Below are positions 11,256-22,199 of a stretch of 64,000 nt of DNA, piece by piece; positions within the stretch are counted from its first letter, which is position 1, and the number at the start of each line of letters is the position of its first letter. The notes beneath the pieces are model-generated. The model was not told the origin of the DNA, did not search any database, and worked only from the letters and a program-made list of their open reading frames with translations. The DNA is from Octopus sinensis (lineage: Eukaryota), in assembly GCF_006345805.1 (NCBI RefSeq), contig NC_043000.1, positions 72,664,001 through 72,728,000 on the forward strand. The letters run 5' to 3'. Position numbers and translations under genes: made by a program.

Positions 11256-14200
11256 ATGGCAAATCTTAGAATCGGTTGCTTGAATGTGAGAGGCCTCGGG
11301 TCACCTTGGAAACAGGGTCACCTGTTAAACGACCTGAGGTTTCATGATGTGGATGTAGCAGCCATCAGTGAAACCAGGCTCTCCGACCCGCAGGAACTCG
11401 CAGCCCTTTTCGGCGGATACGAGATATTTCTATCTCCGTGTCGGCCGGGAGCGGGCGGTGGTGGTACTGCGGTGTTGTTTCGGAAGGGCCTGGACCTGAA
11501 AATAAGGACAGTCTTCTTGGATCCGGAAGGTAAGTTGGTGGTCCTCGACGTGGACGGTAGTGACGGCGGTGCTTTCAGACTGCTGGCTGCCTACGCTCCG
11601 ACAGGAGCAGGGCAGTCGGATTATTTCAAACGTCTGGAAGTTTTCCTGGGAACGTCACGCACTCTAGTACTAGTTGGGGATTGGAACGCTGTCTTAGACG
11701 AACGTTTCGATCGGGTGGGCAGGGGAGCGTCTGATAGGAGAGGGGGAGGGTGCAAGAGCCTCGCCAACCTACTCGGCCGCTTTCAGCTGTCCGACAGGTT
11801 TCGACTAGACAACCCGAATGTGCCAATGTGGACTTGGACAAACCGCATCGGGTCGTCTAGATCGTACTTAGATAGAGTGTTTTGTAGGCCAGCGGATAAG
11901 GACAGCGTAGGGTGTCCACAATTCCACCTAGTCGAATATACGGACCACAAATTAGTGATCTGTACGGTCGACTTAGATAGGCTACATAGACAGGGACCCG
12001 GCTACTGGAAGCTGAACGCGTCGTTAACGGCGTGCAAAGCTTACAGAGACCGGATTAGTTTACTAGTTAAGCGGGCGCTCACGGGGGCAATCATCAACAA
12101 CAACTGGTGGTTTGCCCTCAAGAGAGCAATTAGAGTAGAGTCGATTAGGTATAGTAAGACTCTAGCTATTGAACGTAGGAAGAGAGAGCGGGATTTAGTT
12201 AAGAAACTAGACGAGGCTCTTGACACTGGCATCGCGACCGACGTGTTGGCGGCAAGGTTGGCCCTCGACCAACACTTCGACGCCAAACACGAAGGCTGCG
12301 TTGTCAGAGCTAAGGCACGTTCGCTAAGCGGGGAGGGGACTAGAGCCGCTCGATGGGCCCGCGTGGCGGAGGCGAAGCGAGGCAACAGAGCAACCATTCG
12401 GTCTTTGGTGGACCAGAACGGGCGCGAGGTTACCCAACCGAAGCAGATGTGTACGGTGCTTCAGCGGCACTTTGCTCAACTGTTTGGGACGAGCGGTGGA
12501 ACGGACACCAACGGTACAGACTTCGGTGTGTACCTGGACGGACTGCCGCAACTCTCGGACAGCGAGGCAGAGTGCTGCGAAGGACCGATATCTGCCTGGG
12601 AAGTACAGGAAGCGATGAAGAGTTGCACGAGAGGTAGATCGCCGGGTTTGGATGGTCTGCCCTACGAGCTTTACTTTTCAATGCCAGACTTGTTTGCGGA
12701 CCTGTTGGCAAACGTCTACTGCAACTGGCAGCAAAACGGGAGAATTCCTGCTTTTGTCTGTCGAGGGGTGGTGGCTTTGCTAAAGAAGGACCCAAACAAG
12801 GGGGACGTTATAGGGAATTTCCGGCCCATCACTCTGCTCAATGCAGAGTTGAAGATTTTGGCCAAGGTGCTAGCCAAGAGATTGGCGCTTGTCGTGGACA
12901 AGCTGGTCGGCGAGACGCAGACATGCGCCGTGCCGACCAGGTCGATACACGACAACCTCCATCTCATGCGCTACATCATAGAGAGGGTGGGTAACGACGC
13001 TGGCGCGGGTGGGGCTTTGATCAACTTGGATCAGAGTAAAGCCTTCGATAGGGTCGACCATCGGTACCTGGCAGCTGTCCTCAGGGCAGCCGGCTTCGGT
13101 CCAGTCTTCCGCGGGTGGATCGCTGCTTTATACAGCAACATCTGCTCGGTGATACGGGTGAACGGTCACCTTTCGGAACCGTTCGACATCTCGCGTTCGG
13201 TCCGCCAAGGATGCCCTCTCTCCTCCCTCTTGTACATTTTGACTCTCGAGCCATTACTGCGCAAGTTGGAGGCTTTGAGGGGTATCCCGCGCGATCTAGG
13301 AGGCGGAAACAGCGTGTCTGCTTATGCCGACGACGTCACCGTGGTGGTGTCGAGCCACAGGCACATTGGCCTGATTGGCGAGACGCTAAACCAGTACGAA
13401 GCGGTGACAGGGGCAAAGATTAACGCGGAAAAGTCTGTGGGCTTGCAACTGGCACCTGGAGAGGCAAGCCCATGCCGTCCAACAGCGTCGTAGGGCGCTG
13501 GACAGACGGACCCGTTAAACTGCTCGGGGTCTGGTTCGGTCCGGACCTCCAGGTGGATAAGAACTGGGAAGAGGTGACGAGCAGGGTGGCACGTCTCACC
13601 CAGAAATGGGCCGAGAGGAAGCTGTCCCTGAAAGGTCGAGCGGAGGTGGCGAATGCGTACATCGCATCCGTCATCTATTACCGCTTGACCGTCGTCCCTT
13701 GTCCCGACCGCTGGTTGGCCAAGCTGGTACGCCTGCTCTTCGACTTTTTGTGGAAGGGTCAGGTGCCACTGGTCAGGCGATCCATCTGCTGTCAACGACC
13801 GCTGAACGGAGGCCTTGGAATGCCGTGGTTGCTGTTGCGCAGACATGCGCTCAGGCTGCGGCATCTCAAGCGCTTCCTAGACGGTGAACAGGTGTGGTCG
13901 TCTTTTGTCAGACGCGATTTTCCGCAGCTCGTCTCTTTGACGGAGCTGCAGACCTGGATCAAACGTAGACCGAGAAAGGGCGCTTGGCACCTCGAGTGCC
14001 GTCAAGCCCTCTCCGCCCTCCACCAGGCGGGCAATGCGGTCGGTTACAGCTCCACTCTAGCGTTCTATAGAGGGTTAGTGGAGAAAAATGCGACGACGTT
14101 CTCGGGGAAACTCTAGGCGTTGAAGACGACGAACTGAGCGGTCTGTTCGGGAGGACTTTCGGGCCGGGGCCGATGGATAATTTCCAGAGGTCTCTCGCCT

Positions 14201-14688
14201 GGCAGTGCTACCGAGGGGCTCTGCCTGTTCGAGATAAACTCTACCGGCACGGAAGTGCCGTCAGCCGGGCCTGCCCGAGGTGTTGCCAGGACGACGAAAC
14301 CGTTCTGCACGCACTCGTCCAGTGCCCGAGTATTGCTGAAATATGGGTTTATGTCGAACAGCTACTGTCACGTGTAGGACGGATCCGACTATCGGCCGAA
14401 TCCATAGTGAAGATTGCCCCGCCGACCTCCTTTAACAAGGAGGGCGAGGCCGTTTTCTTGTGCCTTGTGGCTGTGGCGAAAGAAGTCGTGTGGTGGACTC
14501 GTTTGAAAGGGCTAAAGTCAGACACTTTCCTCTTTGGTCAAGGCCTCATCAACTTTTTCAAGTTTCACTTGAAAAGGAAGATGAGGTTAGAGAGGAAAGT
14601 GCTGTCCGATAGCAAGTTTTATGAAAGGTGGGTGAATTGTGCGAGACTGGCCTGTATAAATGGACCAGTTCTCAGGTTTCGCCTGTGA
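11256..14688 (+). CDS. Tx1 ORF2 of copy 2 (2 single-base deletions)
   Basis: ORFs 11256-13493, 13472-14116 and 14173-14688 are nearly identical to copy 1; the two-copy consensus is 3435 nt (1144 aa). Confidence 0.93.
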
Positions 14689-15000
14689 TTTCAAAGAAAA
14701 AGGTAATGTAAAAGGAGAAGAAAGGGGACTCTCTACACCCCCTTTTTTTGACCAGGCTCCCGTTGGCTTTTGTAGGGTTTTTTCCACCAGGAACCTTTCG
14801 AGACGTCTCCCCCTTTTGGGAGTTTTTCATTGTTTTAATAATCATTGCTTTAAAGTTTTTTACACGGATTTTTTTAACAAACGGACAAAACCCTTTGTAA
14901 CCTTTCGTCCTGTCTTGTCCCTTTATGTAATCATGCGTGTCAGCCCTTGTGGCCAATAAAAAAGAATTGATTATTATTATTATTATTATTATTATTATTG

Positions 15001-18000
15001 CTTTTTTTCTTCTTTCAAATTTGCTTCCATTTCTTGCCGAGTGTCTTCCCGACTCCTAGGGCAAAGAAACTCATAGTATACATTGGTAGGCCATTAAACT
15101 AAACTCAATAGTTCGTTCATTTTTTTTTAAGTTAAATTAAAATACATGGGTAGTAATAATTCTCACATCGACAATGCTCTTCTCAATACGTGTGATGTAA
15201 CAGTTAAGACAATCTTTTGCACTTCTTGCAGGGATGGTAAGCCAGGGATCATTCTCATATAATTTTCGGTTCCCTTCTTGATCATTCCTAGTGCTCCTAC
15301 GATCACTGGTATTGTAACCGCCTTGAGATGCCACATCTTCTCAATTTCAATGAGTAGGTCTTTATATTTTCTGAGCTTGTCAAACTCTTTCGCTGAAATA
15401 TTATGATCACAGGCGATGCTCATGTCGATCAATAAGCAAACTTTATTGTTTTGGTCTTTCACAACAATATCTGGTTTATTGGCCTTGATGGTTCGGTCTG
15501 TATGTACTGGAAAGTCCCACAGAATCGCTACATTTTCTCCTTCAGGTACAGCCTCAGGGTGGTGATTATACTTGTCGGCAGTTTTGATATTGTAATGCCG
15601 ACTTATTAGCCAGTGTAGATATTGGCCAACTCTCTCATGTCTTAATTTATACTCCACTGGTGCTAAGACTTTACATCCAGAGATTAGGTGGTCCACTGTT
15701 TCAATCATGTCGTTGCAGAATCGGCATTTTGGGTCTGTTCCATTTTTCATCACATTGGCCTGGTAGTTCCGGGTTAATAGGCTTTGATCTTGAGCAGCCA
15801 GGATGAAACCTTCGCTCTCTGCTTTTAGCCCTGAGCTCCGTAGCCACTGATGGGTTTGCTTCTGGTCAACATCAGCTTGTTTGCTGCGGGCCACATATTT
15901 GCCGTGCAGAGGTTTCTCCTCCCACCTATCAGCCAATTGCTCGTGCGCTTTTTTCGTTGCCATTGTTTTCACCTTCTTTGCAACAATAGTTGCCGTACTT
16001 CCCTCGGGTTGTTCAGTTTGGGTATCCTGCACGAGATCAGTAGCAAATTTGTTGCTTTCCTTTATGATAGAGTGAAGCTTCTTTCGTCTCTCGTGATTTT
16101 CCACGAGCTTTAGCATCCAGTCATTCGTTATTTCAAGATATTTGGCCAGTCCAATTGTGGTTGTTTTGTAAGCTAGTTCAAATTGGATCAGGCCTCGACC
16201 TCCTTGGGCTCTTGGAAGGTAAAGGCGATCTACGTCTGCCTTTGGGTGGTGCATCCTATTACAACTCAGCAGCTTGCGTATTTTCCTATCTATATTCTTT
16301 ACTTCACTCATATTCCAGTTCAACACATTGTAGCTATAAGTAACAACTGGAACTGTTAAGGAATTTATAGCTAACACCTTGTTACGTGCATTTTGTTCAG
16401 ATTTCAGGACTGCACGAACTCTCCTATAACATTCCTTCCTGATCTTCTCTTTCATGCTTGCATGCTGAATACCAGAGCCTTCATCTATCCCTAAATATTT
16501 GTATGTTTGTTCTTGCTCAAGCTCTCTTATGACTGTGTCAACATCTAACACAACTGAATTTGTGGTCTTCACTTTCCCTTTCTGGAAAGTGCCCTTGGCA
16601 CACTTCTCAAGTCCAAACTCCATCCCGATGTCATCGCTGAATGCTTTCACAGTGCGCAATAGGCCTTCAAGTTCATTATTGTCTTTACCATAGAGTTTTA
16701 AGTCATCCATATAAAATAGATGGCTTATTTTTTTATTGGCAATTTTATACCCATACCCTGTTCTGTTTAATTCACTTGTAAGGGGTATTAGGGCTATGCA
16801 GAATATTAAAGGTGAAAGTGAGTCACCTTGAAAAATTCCACAGTTGATGTTTATATTTTCTGAGGCAAGTACTCCATTAAAGTGGTATTATTGGAGATTC
16901 GTATTCCACAACGACATATTGTGCTTCAGGAAGTTTGAAATCAGAGGGGAAATTTTGAAGATGTCCAGCGATCTCAAGATCCATGGATGCGGTATACTGC
17001 CGAAGGGCTTTTTATAGTCAATCCATGCGGAGCTATTTCCCCTCTCATAAATTCAATCTCTTTTTCAATTTTACTTCTCCAGGTTTGATTTCTTCCCAGG
17101 TTTGGTTTTCTTTGTTTTTTCGGGGGCATACAGCTGCCCTAGCAGAAGCGTAAATAATTTCATTTAACTCAGTAAAATCAGGTTTTAATTCTTGTATTAT
17201 TTCATTTGTTACATAGTTGCCAATTTGGATTTTTTTTTATTATTTTGGTTTGTATTTGAGAGTTTATGAAGTGGTTCTCTATCATTCATACTTGTATGTC
17301 TTACAACTTCAAGCGTATTCAGGATTTTCTGCCTCATTTCTGCCATAGACTCTCTGTGTTCTTCAGCAAATGCGAGATCTTCAGTTACTGTTGTTTTATC
17401 ATTTTCCTGGCTATCTTTAACAGGTACAATAGAATTTCTTGTATCTTCAGGCCTTTGCGTACTTTGGTCAGATGGCAGTCTTTCAATTAAGCCTCGTGGC
17501 GGGCTATAATGTTCATCTGATTCTTCATTTCCTTTGTGTCTTATATTTATGTCATTTTCCGTTGCGTGCTTGAATCGCGCTTATTTCACTGTCTGTGAGT
17601 CTGTTATTTCTAAGGATATCCCTCCTCACATTTGCCAATTTGTTCTCGTCCAAATAGGGCCTACTGTCTTGATTCCGTGTTCTCCATATACTGTAAGAGT
17701 TTGCGGTGTGTCTCTCTTGAGATGGCCTACCTAATGCATAGTAATAAGCGTATATTACTTCTTTATACTCTTCTCGGGTCCATTTGTTCCGCTTACATTT
17801 TTCTTTCTGTGGTAGTTGTGGTGGTGAACTTGGAGGGCTCGAGTTGGGGGATTTCCCGTTCAAGTGACCATCTATGTCCGTATTCGGAGAAGAGTTTGTG
17901 CCAGTTGATGACTTTTCGATCCCAGGCTGGCTCTTCCCTGGGGGACGCGCTTCCAGATTAACCATAGGACAAGCGATTTGGTATACTGATTTAGTTTTCC

Positions 18001-18128
18001 TTTTAATTTCCAAAAACATTTTGGTGCTACGATAATTTTATCATTTTTGAGCTTTGATTGACTCGTGGGGAGACGGCCATCATTGCCATTACAATTATAA
18101 TCGTACCATTATAACAGCCGTAGTCGGC
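15001..18128 (-). mobile_element. Dong/R4-clade RLE non-LTR retrotransposon with internal deletion near 17030
   Basis: QGDSLSP and YMDDLKLY (RT), CRFC..ETVDHLISGC finger, RHE motif, PDIVV..LIDMS..KLRKY (RLE); both ends abut TAA repeats. Confidence 0.9.
15163..16710 (-). CDS. RT C-terminal half, CCHC finger and restriction-like endonuclease
   Basis: 515-aa ORF with the motifs above. Confidence 0.9.
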   Translation of the reverse strand: MDDLKLYGKDNNELEGLLRTVKAFSDDIGMEFGLEKCAKGTFQKGKVKTTNSVVLDVDTVIRELEQEQTYKYLGIDEGSGIQHASMKEKIRKECYRRVRAVLKSEQNARNKVLAINSLTVPVVTYSYNVLNWNMSEVKNIDRKIRKLLSCNRMHHPKADVDRLYLPRAQGGRGLIQFELAYKTTTIGLAKYLEITNDWMLKLVENHERRKKLHSIIKESNKFATDLVQDTQTEQPEGSTATIVAKKVKTMATKKAHEQLADRWEEKPLHGKYVARSKQADVDQKQTHQWLRSSGLKAESEGFILAAQDQSLLTRNYQANVMKNGTDPKCRFCNDMIETVDHLISGCKVLAPVEYKLRHERVGQYLHWLISRHYNIKTADKYNHHPEAVPEGENVAILWDFPVHTDRTIKANKPDIVVKDQNNKVCLLIDMSIACDHNISAKEFDKLRKYKDLLIEIEKMWHLKAVTIPVIVGALGMIKKGTENYMRMIPGLPSLQEVQKIVLTVTSHVLRRALSM

Positions 18129-18559
18129 TTATTATTGTTATTATCATCACCATTATTATCACTATCATCATTATCACCACCATTATCATCATCACCATCA
18201 CCATCATCATCATCATCATCAATGATATTGTTTTATGTGTAGTCACAGCAGTATCTTATTATTGTTATTTTTGTTTTTTATCATTATCACCATCATAGTA
18301 GTGTCTGTCTGTCTCGTTGGCTGGCTTGGTGGTTGGCTGGCTGGCTGTCTTCAACGCCAGAGTTCTTGCCTGTCAAATAATACTTTCATATTTGGTTAAC
18401 ATCTAAAGAGCCGAGGTTAGGTTTGTGTTGGCTGAACTCTGTGAGTGTGTGTGTGTGTGTGTGTAGATAGATAGATAGATTATCAGCACTATTACTATCA
18501 TTATTATCATCATCACCATCATCACCATCACCATCAGTGATTTCTTTTTTTTTTTTTTA

Positions 18560-19120
18560 GGTGGGGTCCTATCGGTCAAAAAAAGTTCAAATGTTTACTA
18601 AGAAAAATTAAGGAAAGGCTGTTCTGTATTGTTTGTGAATAGAGAAGTTGTGTTCGACCAGAGAGAATCTTAGCATCATTATTTTTTTTTCCATGTGCGT
18701 TTGTGTTATTGCAATAAAAAGTGTTTGTATATTTCGTGTAAGGTAATATTGTGGAGGTTGAAGTTGACTTTTCTAGAGATGTTTGTATGTCCAGTTAGAA
18801 GAACAGGTGTGTTTTTGCAATAAAAAGTATATGTTTACATTTATATTTGAATATTCAGGGAGGAAGCAAAGAAAAGTCAGATTTTCATAGAAAGTTTTAG
18901 GGTTTTGTAAGTCCACAAAAAGAAAAGCGTGATTTTTTAGAGAGAAGAAAAAAAAAGGGTGCTTACAGAGGCAGTTGTGGGTATTAAAGTTTTTAAAGCT
19001 GATCGGATGTATGTTTGAAAGCTGTAGATATGTAAATTTGTAAATTTCTTAACTTATTTTGAAGAGAATTTTAAATACTCTCAAGATATTGTAGATGTTC
19101 CAGTCTTTGAGAGTTATTTT
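18560..19120 (-). pseudogene. Possible highly degraded PLE GIY-YIG remnant
   Basis: Weak IYKC / S..H-like fragments and composition like other PLE remnants; many stops. Confidence 0.3.
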
Positions 19121-19208
19121 TACCCGTTGCTAAACTGGGTCATATTAGTGTTTCTATCGGCTACTGAATTGTCAGAGCAGTGAGGAATACGTTCAGCCGC
19201 TGTCATCA

Positions 19209-19263
<55 letters not shown>

Positions 19264-19644
19264 CATCATCATCATCATCACTGATATCACTGATATTGTT
19301 ATGTATCGTAGCAGCAGTGGTTGCAGCAACAGCAACAGTAGCAGGGGTGGGATAGTGGTAAGGGTGGTAGTTGGGTCTCAGATCCCTGTGCTATCATAAT
19401 AGTAGTAGTTGTAGTATTATTGCAGTTTTAGCAGGATTTAGTATTAACAGCTACAGCATATTATTATTTTTTTTTATCATTATCACCATCACTACTACCA
19501 GTGGCCACTGAGAGCGCTACCTTGGAAAGAAGCAATTCAACCTGTTCTATTTGTAATTGTACTATACTTGTACTATATAACAAAGAACAGAGGTGGGCAA
19601 GAGTTTCCTTGGAAGATAACTCATTTGATTGTTACCTCGGCTAA

Positions 19645-20620
19645 GTGCTAGTTGTTACAGAAAAGACATGTTTTCCAATTAGGCATGCTGTTCTTAATCA
19701 GTGCACACACGTTCTCAGCTATTCCACACATGTCGGATGCTTCCAAAATCCACGAATGCGACATGCCGTAAGACTTTTTAAAGTCTATCCAGGCGAAGCA
19801 TAAGTTTTTTTTTCCTTTTTTTTTTTTTTGGTACCATTTGCAGTTCTTCATTACAACCTTGTCTATCACAAGGTGGTCCTTGGTGCCCTTCGATCCTTTT
19901 CGGCATCCCTTTTGTTCTAATGGAAGTAGATCGTTTTTCACACGGAAGTATATATTTTCACTGTGAGGATGCCTGTTAAGCAATGGGTAGGTGATTGCCA
20001 ACCTCATTGCCCTTTGACCAATTTTTCCTCTACAATGTTGTCTTTCCCTCAACAATTCACTCCGGAACTGCACCACTCTGTAGGCAATTGTTTAATTGCA
20101 ACACAATTCACTTGTGTGTTGACCTAAACCACTTGAGCCAGTAGCCTTGAATTCTGTCTGGTCCTGCCTCTTTCCAGTTTGGTAGTTCTGATACCTCTGC
20201 AATTGCATATTCCGTTATTATGCGCACATGGTCCTGGCGTGGAGCCCCCAGATGATGGAATTCGGATCTCACGGAATTAATCCACACAGCACCGTGGTTG
20301 TAGGCAACTTCTTGTAACTACTTTTTCTATCATGCCGAATGTCTCCTCAGAGAGTCCATTGCTCATCTTCAGTGCACAGGCTCAGCGTATGAAAACCAAG
20401 ACCGTTGCTTTTGCCCTAGCTTCTGTAGCCAGGGTGTTTTTATCGTTGTTTTTGTCACTAGCTGGGCTATGTTTTCTAACCACAGGATCCGAGAGCTATC
20501 GGTTGGTCGACAGGTTGTAGTTGTTTCATGTGTCATTGATGTTATTGTGGTTGTTTTTGTTTTTGTCTTTGTCTGGGCAGCCTTCTACAACCACTGTCAA
20601 ATGCTGCGTTTATTTTTGAA
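19645..20620 (-). mobile_element. Degraded Dong/R4-like RT fragment
   Basis: EQKGCRKGSKGTKDHLVIDK and AWIDFKKSY..SHSWI are RT motifs of RLE-type elements. Confidence 0.8.
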
Positions 20621-20797
20621 TCTATGTAGTTGTAGCAGCATTAGTAGCAGCAGTAGCAGCAGCAGCAGTAGCAGTGGCAACAGCGGTAGCAGTAGTAGTA
20701 GAATGGCTTGTTGGCTGGCTGAATCAGCTTCTGTTGCGTCACGATTAGTAGTAGTAATCTATTATTATTATTGTTGTTGTTGTTATTGTTGTTGTTG

Positions 20798-20852
<55 letters not shown>

Positions 20853-20884
20853 AATTATTATTGTTGTTGTTATTACTATTATTC

Positions 20885-21190
20885 AGTAGTCTTCTTTTTA
20901 TCCCGTGCTTTCACTGCACTACTGAGCGCAGCTCTGTGTGCCTTGGGTATGTGCTGTGGTTTGTTGTGATGCTTTTATTGTTACTGTATTGAAAGTGCTT
21001 TATGTAGGATGTGTGCGGTGCCTAGTAGTGCTATTTTCTGTATGTTATATATACTTGCTAGTCCTGTTGTTTCTGCAACGTATTTGTCTGAATATTTTTT
21101 ATCATACCTAATGCGCCTATGATAGGAATCCATATTCGAATTACCTCAATTTCCAGGTCTTTGTATTTTGATAGTTTCTCCATTTCTTTT
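20885..21190 (-). mobile_element. 3' end of a Dong/R4-like element
   Basis: Nucleotide match to 26730-27040 (gcgcagctctgtgtgccttgggtatgtgctgtg); encodes KLSKYKDLEIE...QKIALLGTAHIL; ends in TAA repeats. Confidence 0.8.
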
Positions 21191-21278
21191 AGGGAATCAT
21201 CACCATCATCATCATCATCGTCATCACTACTACTACTACTACTACTACTACTAATAATAATAATAATAATAATAATAA

Positions 21279-21311
<33 letters not shown>

Positions 21312-21621
21312 ATTCATATACAAACAACAGATTAGACTGTTGGAAAAGAAAAGATTCCTAACATCAGGCAGCAAGTAACCTTAGATGCCAAGAACCCTCC
21401 TAAGTATTCTAGCTATCCCTTATAACATTGTTTTCTGGAGCTGTTCTAAATTAGATTTTATGCCTATTTCCTATGTCCATCCACTCAAATCTTTAGGGAT
21501 AGTTCCTAATGCACATATATATAGATTCTTTCCCATTCAGTTCATGATAGGCCCGTTTCTGATTTTGTTGGTGTTGTTGTTGTTGTTGTTATTGTCATTA
21601 CTATTATTATTATTATTATTA

Positions 21622-21666
<45 letters not shown>

Positions 21667-21667
<1 letters not shown>

Positions 21668-21860
21668 GGCGGCAAGCTAGCAGAATCGTTAGCAGCGTTT
21701 TGTCCGTCCTTACGTTTTGAGTTCAAATTCTGCCAAGGTTGGCTTTGCCTTTCATCCTTTCGGGGTCGATGAAATAAGTACTAGTTATGCACTGCGGTCG
21801 ATGTAATTGACTAGCTACCGCCCCTCAAATTTCAGGCCCTGTGCTTATAGTAGAAAGGAT
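21667..21860 (+). mobile_element. tRNA-derived SINE
   Basis: B-box-like gagttcaaattc; body shared with 2020-2215; inserted after (ATT)n. Confidence 0.75.
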
Positions 21861-22199
21861 ACATGTCGACGAGAACAAGTTCTATCTGAAGGTCTTACAT
21901 CAAATTTACCAATGTGTGCATCACAGCCTGACGATTCATTGCTTCGGAAGATTAAATTGATTGATGAAAGTAATTCATTTCACTTAATGGAAGCTATTAT
22001 TGAACACTATCGTTCAAAATTAATATTGCTTGGTGCATCAAGGAGAATTTGCGTGTCCTTGAACAGGTGTGTTCTAAAAATCGTTTCAGCTATTTGTGTA
22101 ATTGTTTCATGAAATTTGAAAGAACGGAAATTTCTTTCTAAAAGGAAAAGAAGCTGAAAACGTTGATTCCCCATTCCTCTAAGCCAATGGACAAGTAAA

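Larger units (their letters stand above)
9120..14966 (+). mobile_element. Tx1-clade non-LTR retrotransposon, copy 2, tandem to copy 1
   Basis: Separated from copy 1 by (ATT)4 at 9108-9119; same 5' start (cc..ccgacgccgatggacg) and 3' end; followed by (ATT)n. Confidence 0.92.

Noticed and set aside
21926-21978. Hammerhead-like CTGACGA...GAAA upstream of the PLE
   Set aside because: Stems I and II pair poorly; at best a decayed copy
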